DNA of 64,000 bases from Basidiobolus meristosporus CBS 931.73 (Eukaryota > Fungi > Basidiobolomycota). The translations under genes and the position numbers were made by a program. The notes under the pieces were generated by a model. The model was not told the DNA's origin, did not search any database, and saw nothing but the letters and a program-made list of their open reading frames with translations. The stretch is from positions 15,484 to 79,483 of the forward strand of contig MCFE01000414.1 of the NCBI GenBank assembly GCA_002104905.1. Reading direction: 5' to 3'. Of the stretch, positions 63,737 through 64,000 are shown one piece after another (the first letter of the stretch is position 1; each line of letters opens with the position of its first letter).

Positions 63737-64000
63737 TTAGGGTTAGGGTTAGGGTTAGGGTTAGGGCTAGGGTTAGGGTTAGGGTTAGGGTTAGGGTTAG
63801 GGTTAGGGTTAGGGTTAGGGTTAGGGTTAGGGTTAGGGTTAGGGTTAGGGTTAGGGTTAGGGTTAGGGTTAGGGTTAGGGTTAGGGTTAGGGTTAGGGTT
63901 AGGGTTAGGGTTAGGGTTAGGGTTAGGGTTAGGGTTAGGGTTAGGGTTAGGGTTAGGGTTAGGGTTAGGGTTAGGGTTAGGGTTAGGGTTAGGGTTAGGG
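63737..64000 (+). repeat. Telomere (TTAGGG)44 with one CTAGGG variant at 63767
   Basis: Uninterrupted hexamer array to the window end, G-rich strand running 5'->3' toward the end. Confidence 0.99.

Noticed and set aside
63737-64000. Repeat array considered as CRISPR-like or satellite
   Set aside because: It has no spacers and is a canonical telomere in a eukaryotic context.

Overview
This is a eukaryotic, intron-rich fungal chromosome end. Short GT-AG introns, a (TTAGGG)44 telomere at the right edge and the gene content suggest an early-diverging fungus (inference). Ten host genes are recognisable and all lie on the minus strand, transcribed away from the telomere: a chromodomain plus ankyrin-repeat giant (running off the left edge, probably PME-5/tankyrase-like), a 4-finger C2H2 factor, CSN5, ATR/Mec1, CTNNBL1, an HMMR/RHAMM-like coiled-coil protein, Wee1, a UBTD/DC-UbP protein, a bacterial-type YeiH/PSE transporter and a KCTD-type BTB protein. 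Two CpG-depleted transposon islands (about 13.3-22.6 kb and 56.4-63.6 kb) hold repeatedly self-nested copies of one Ty1/copia family, solo LTRs and MITE-like pieces. The most notable structure abuts the telomere: a head-to-tail pair of LINE-type cassettes, one APE-RT and one ORF1-only. Each ends in the same AATAAA...CCCTAA 3' motif instead of poly(A), both are oriented as expected for priming from the G-rich chromosome end, and the pair is bracketed by 11-bp TG...CA inverted termini. A perfect 153-bp inverted duplication lies between ATR and CSN5. All family assignments come from motif recognition by eye; no database search was run.
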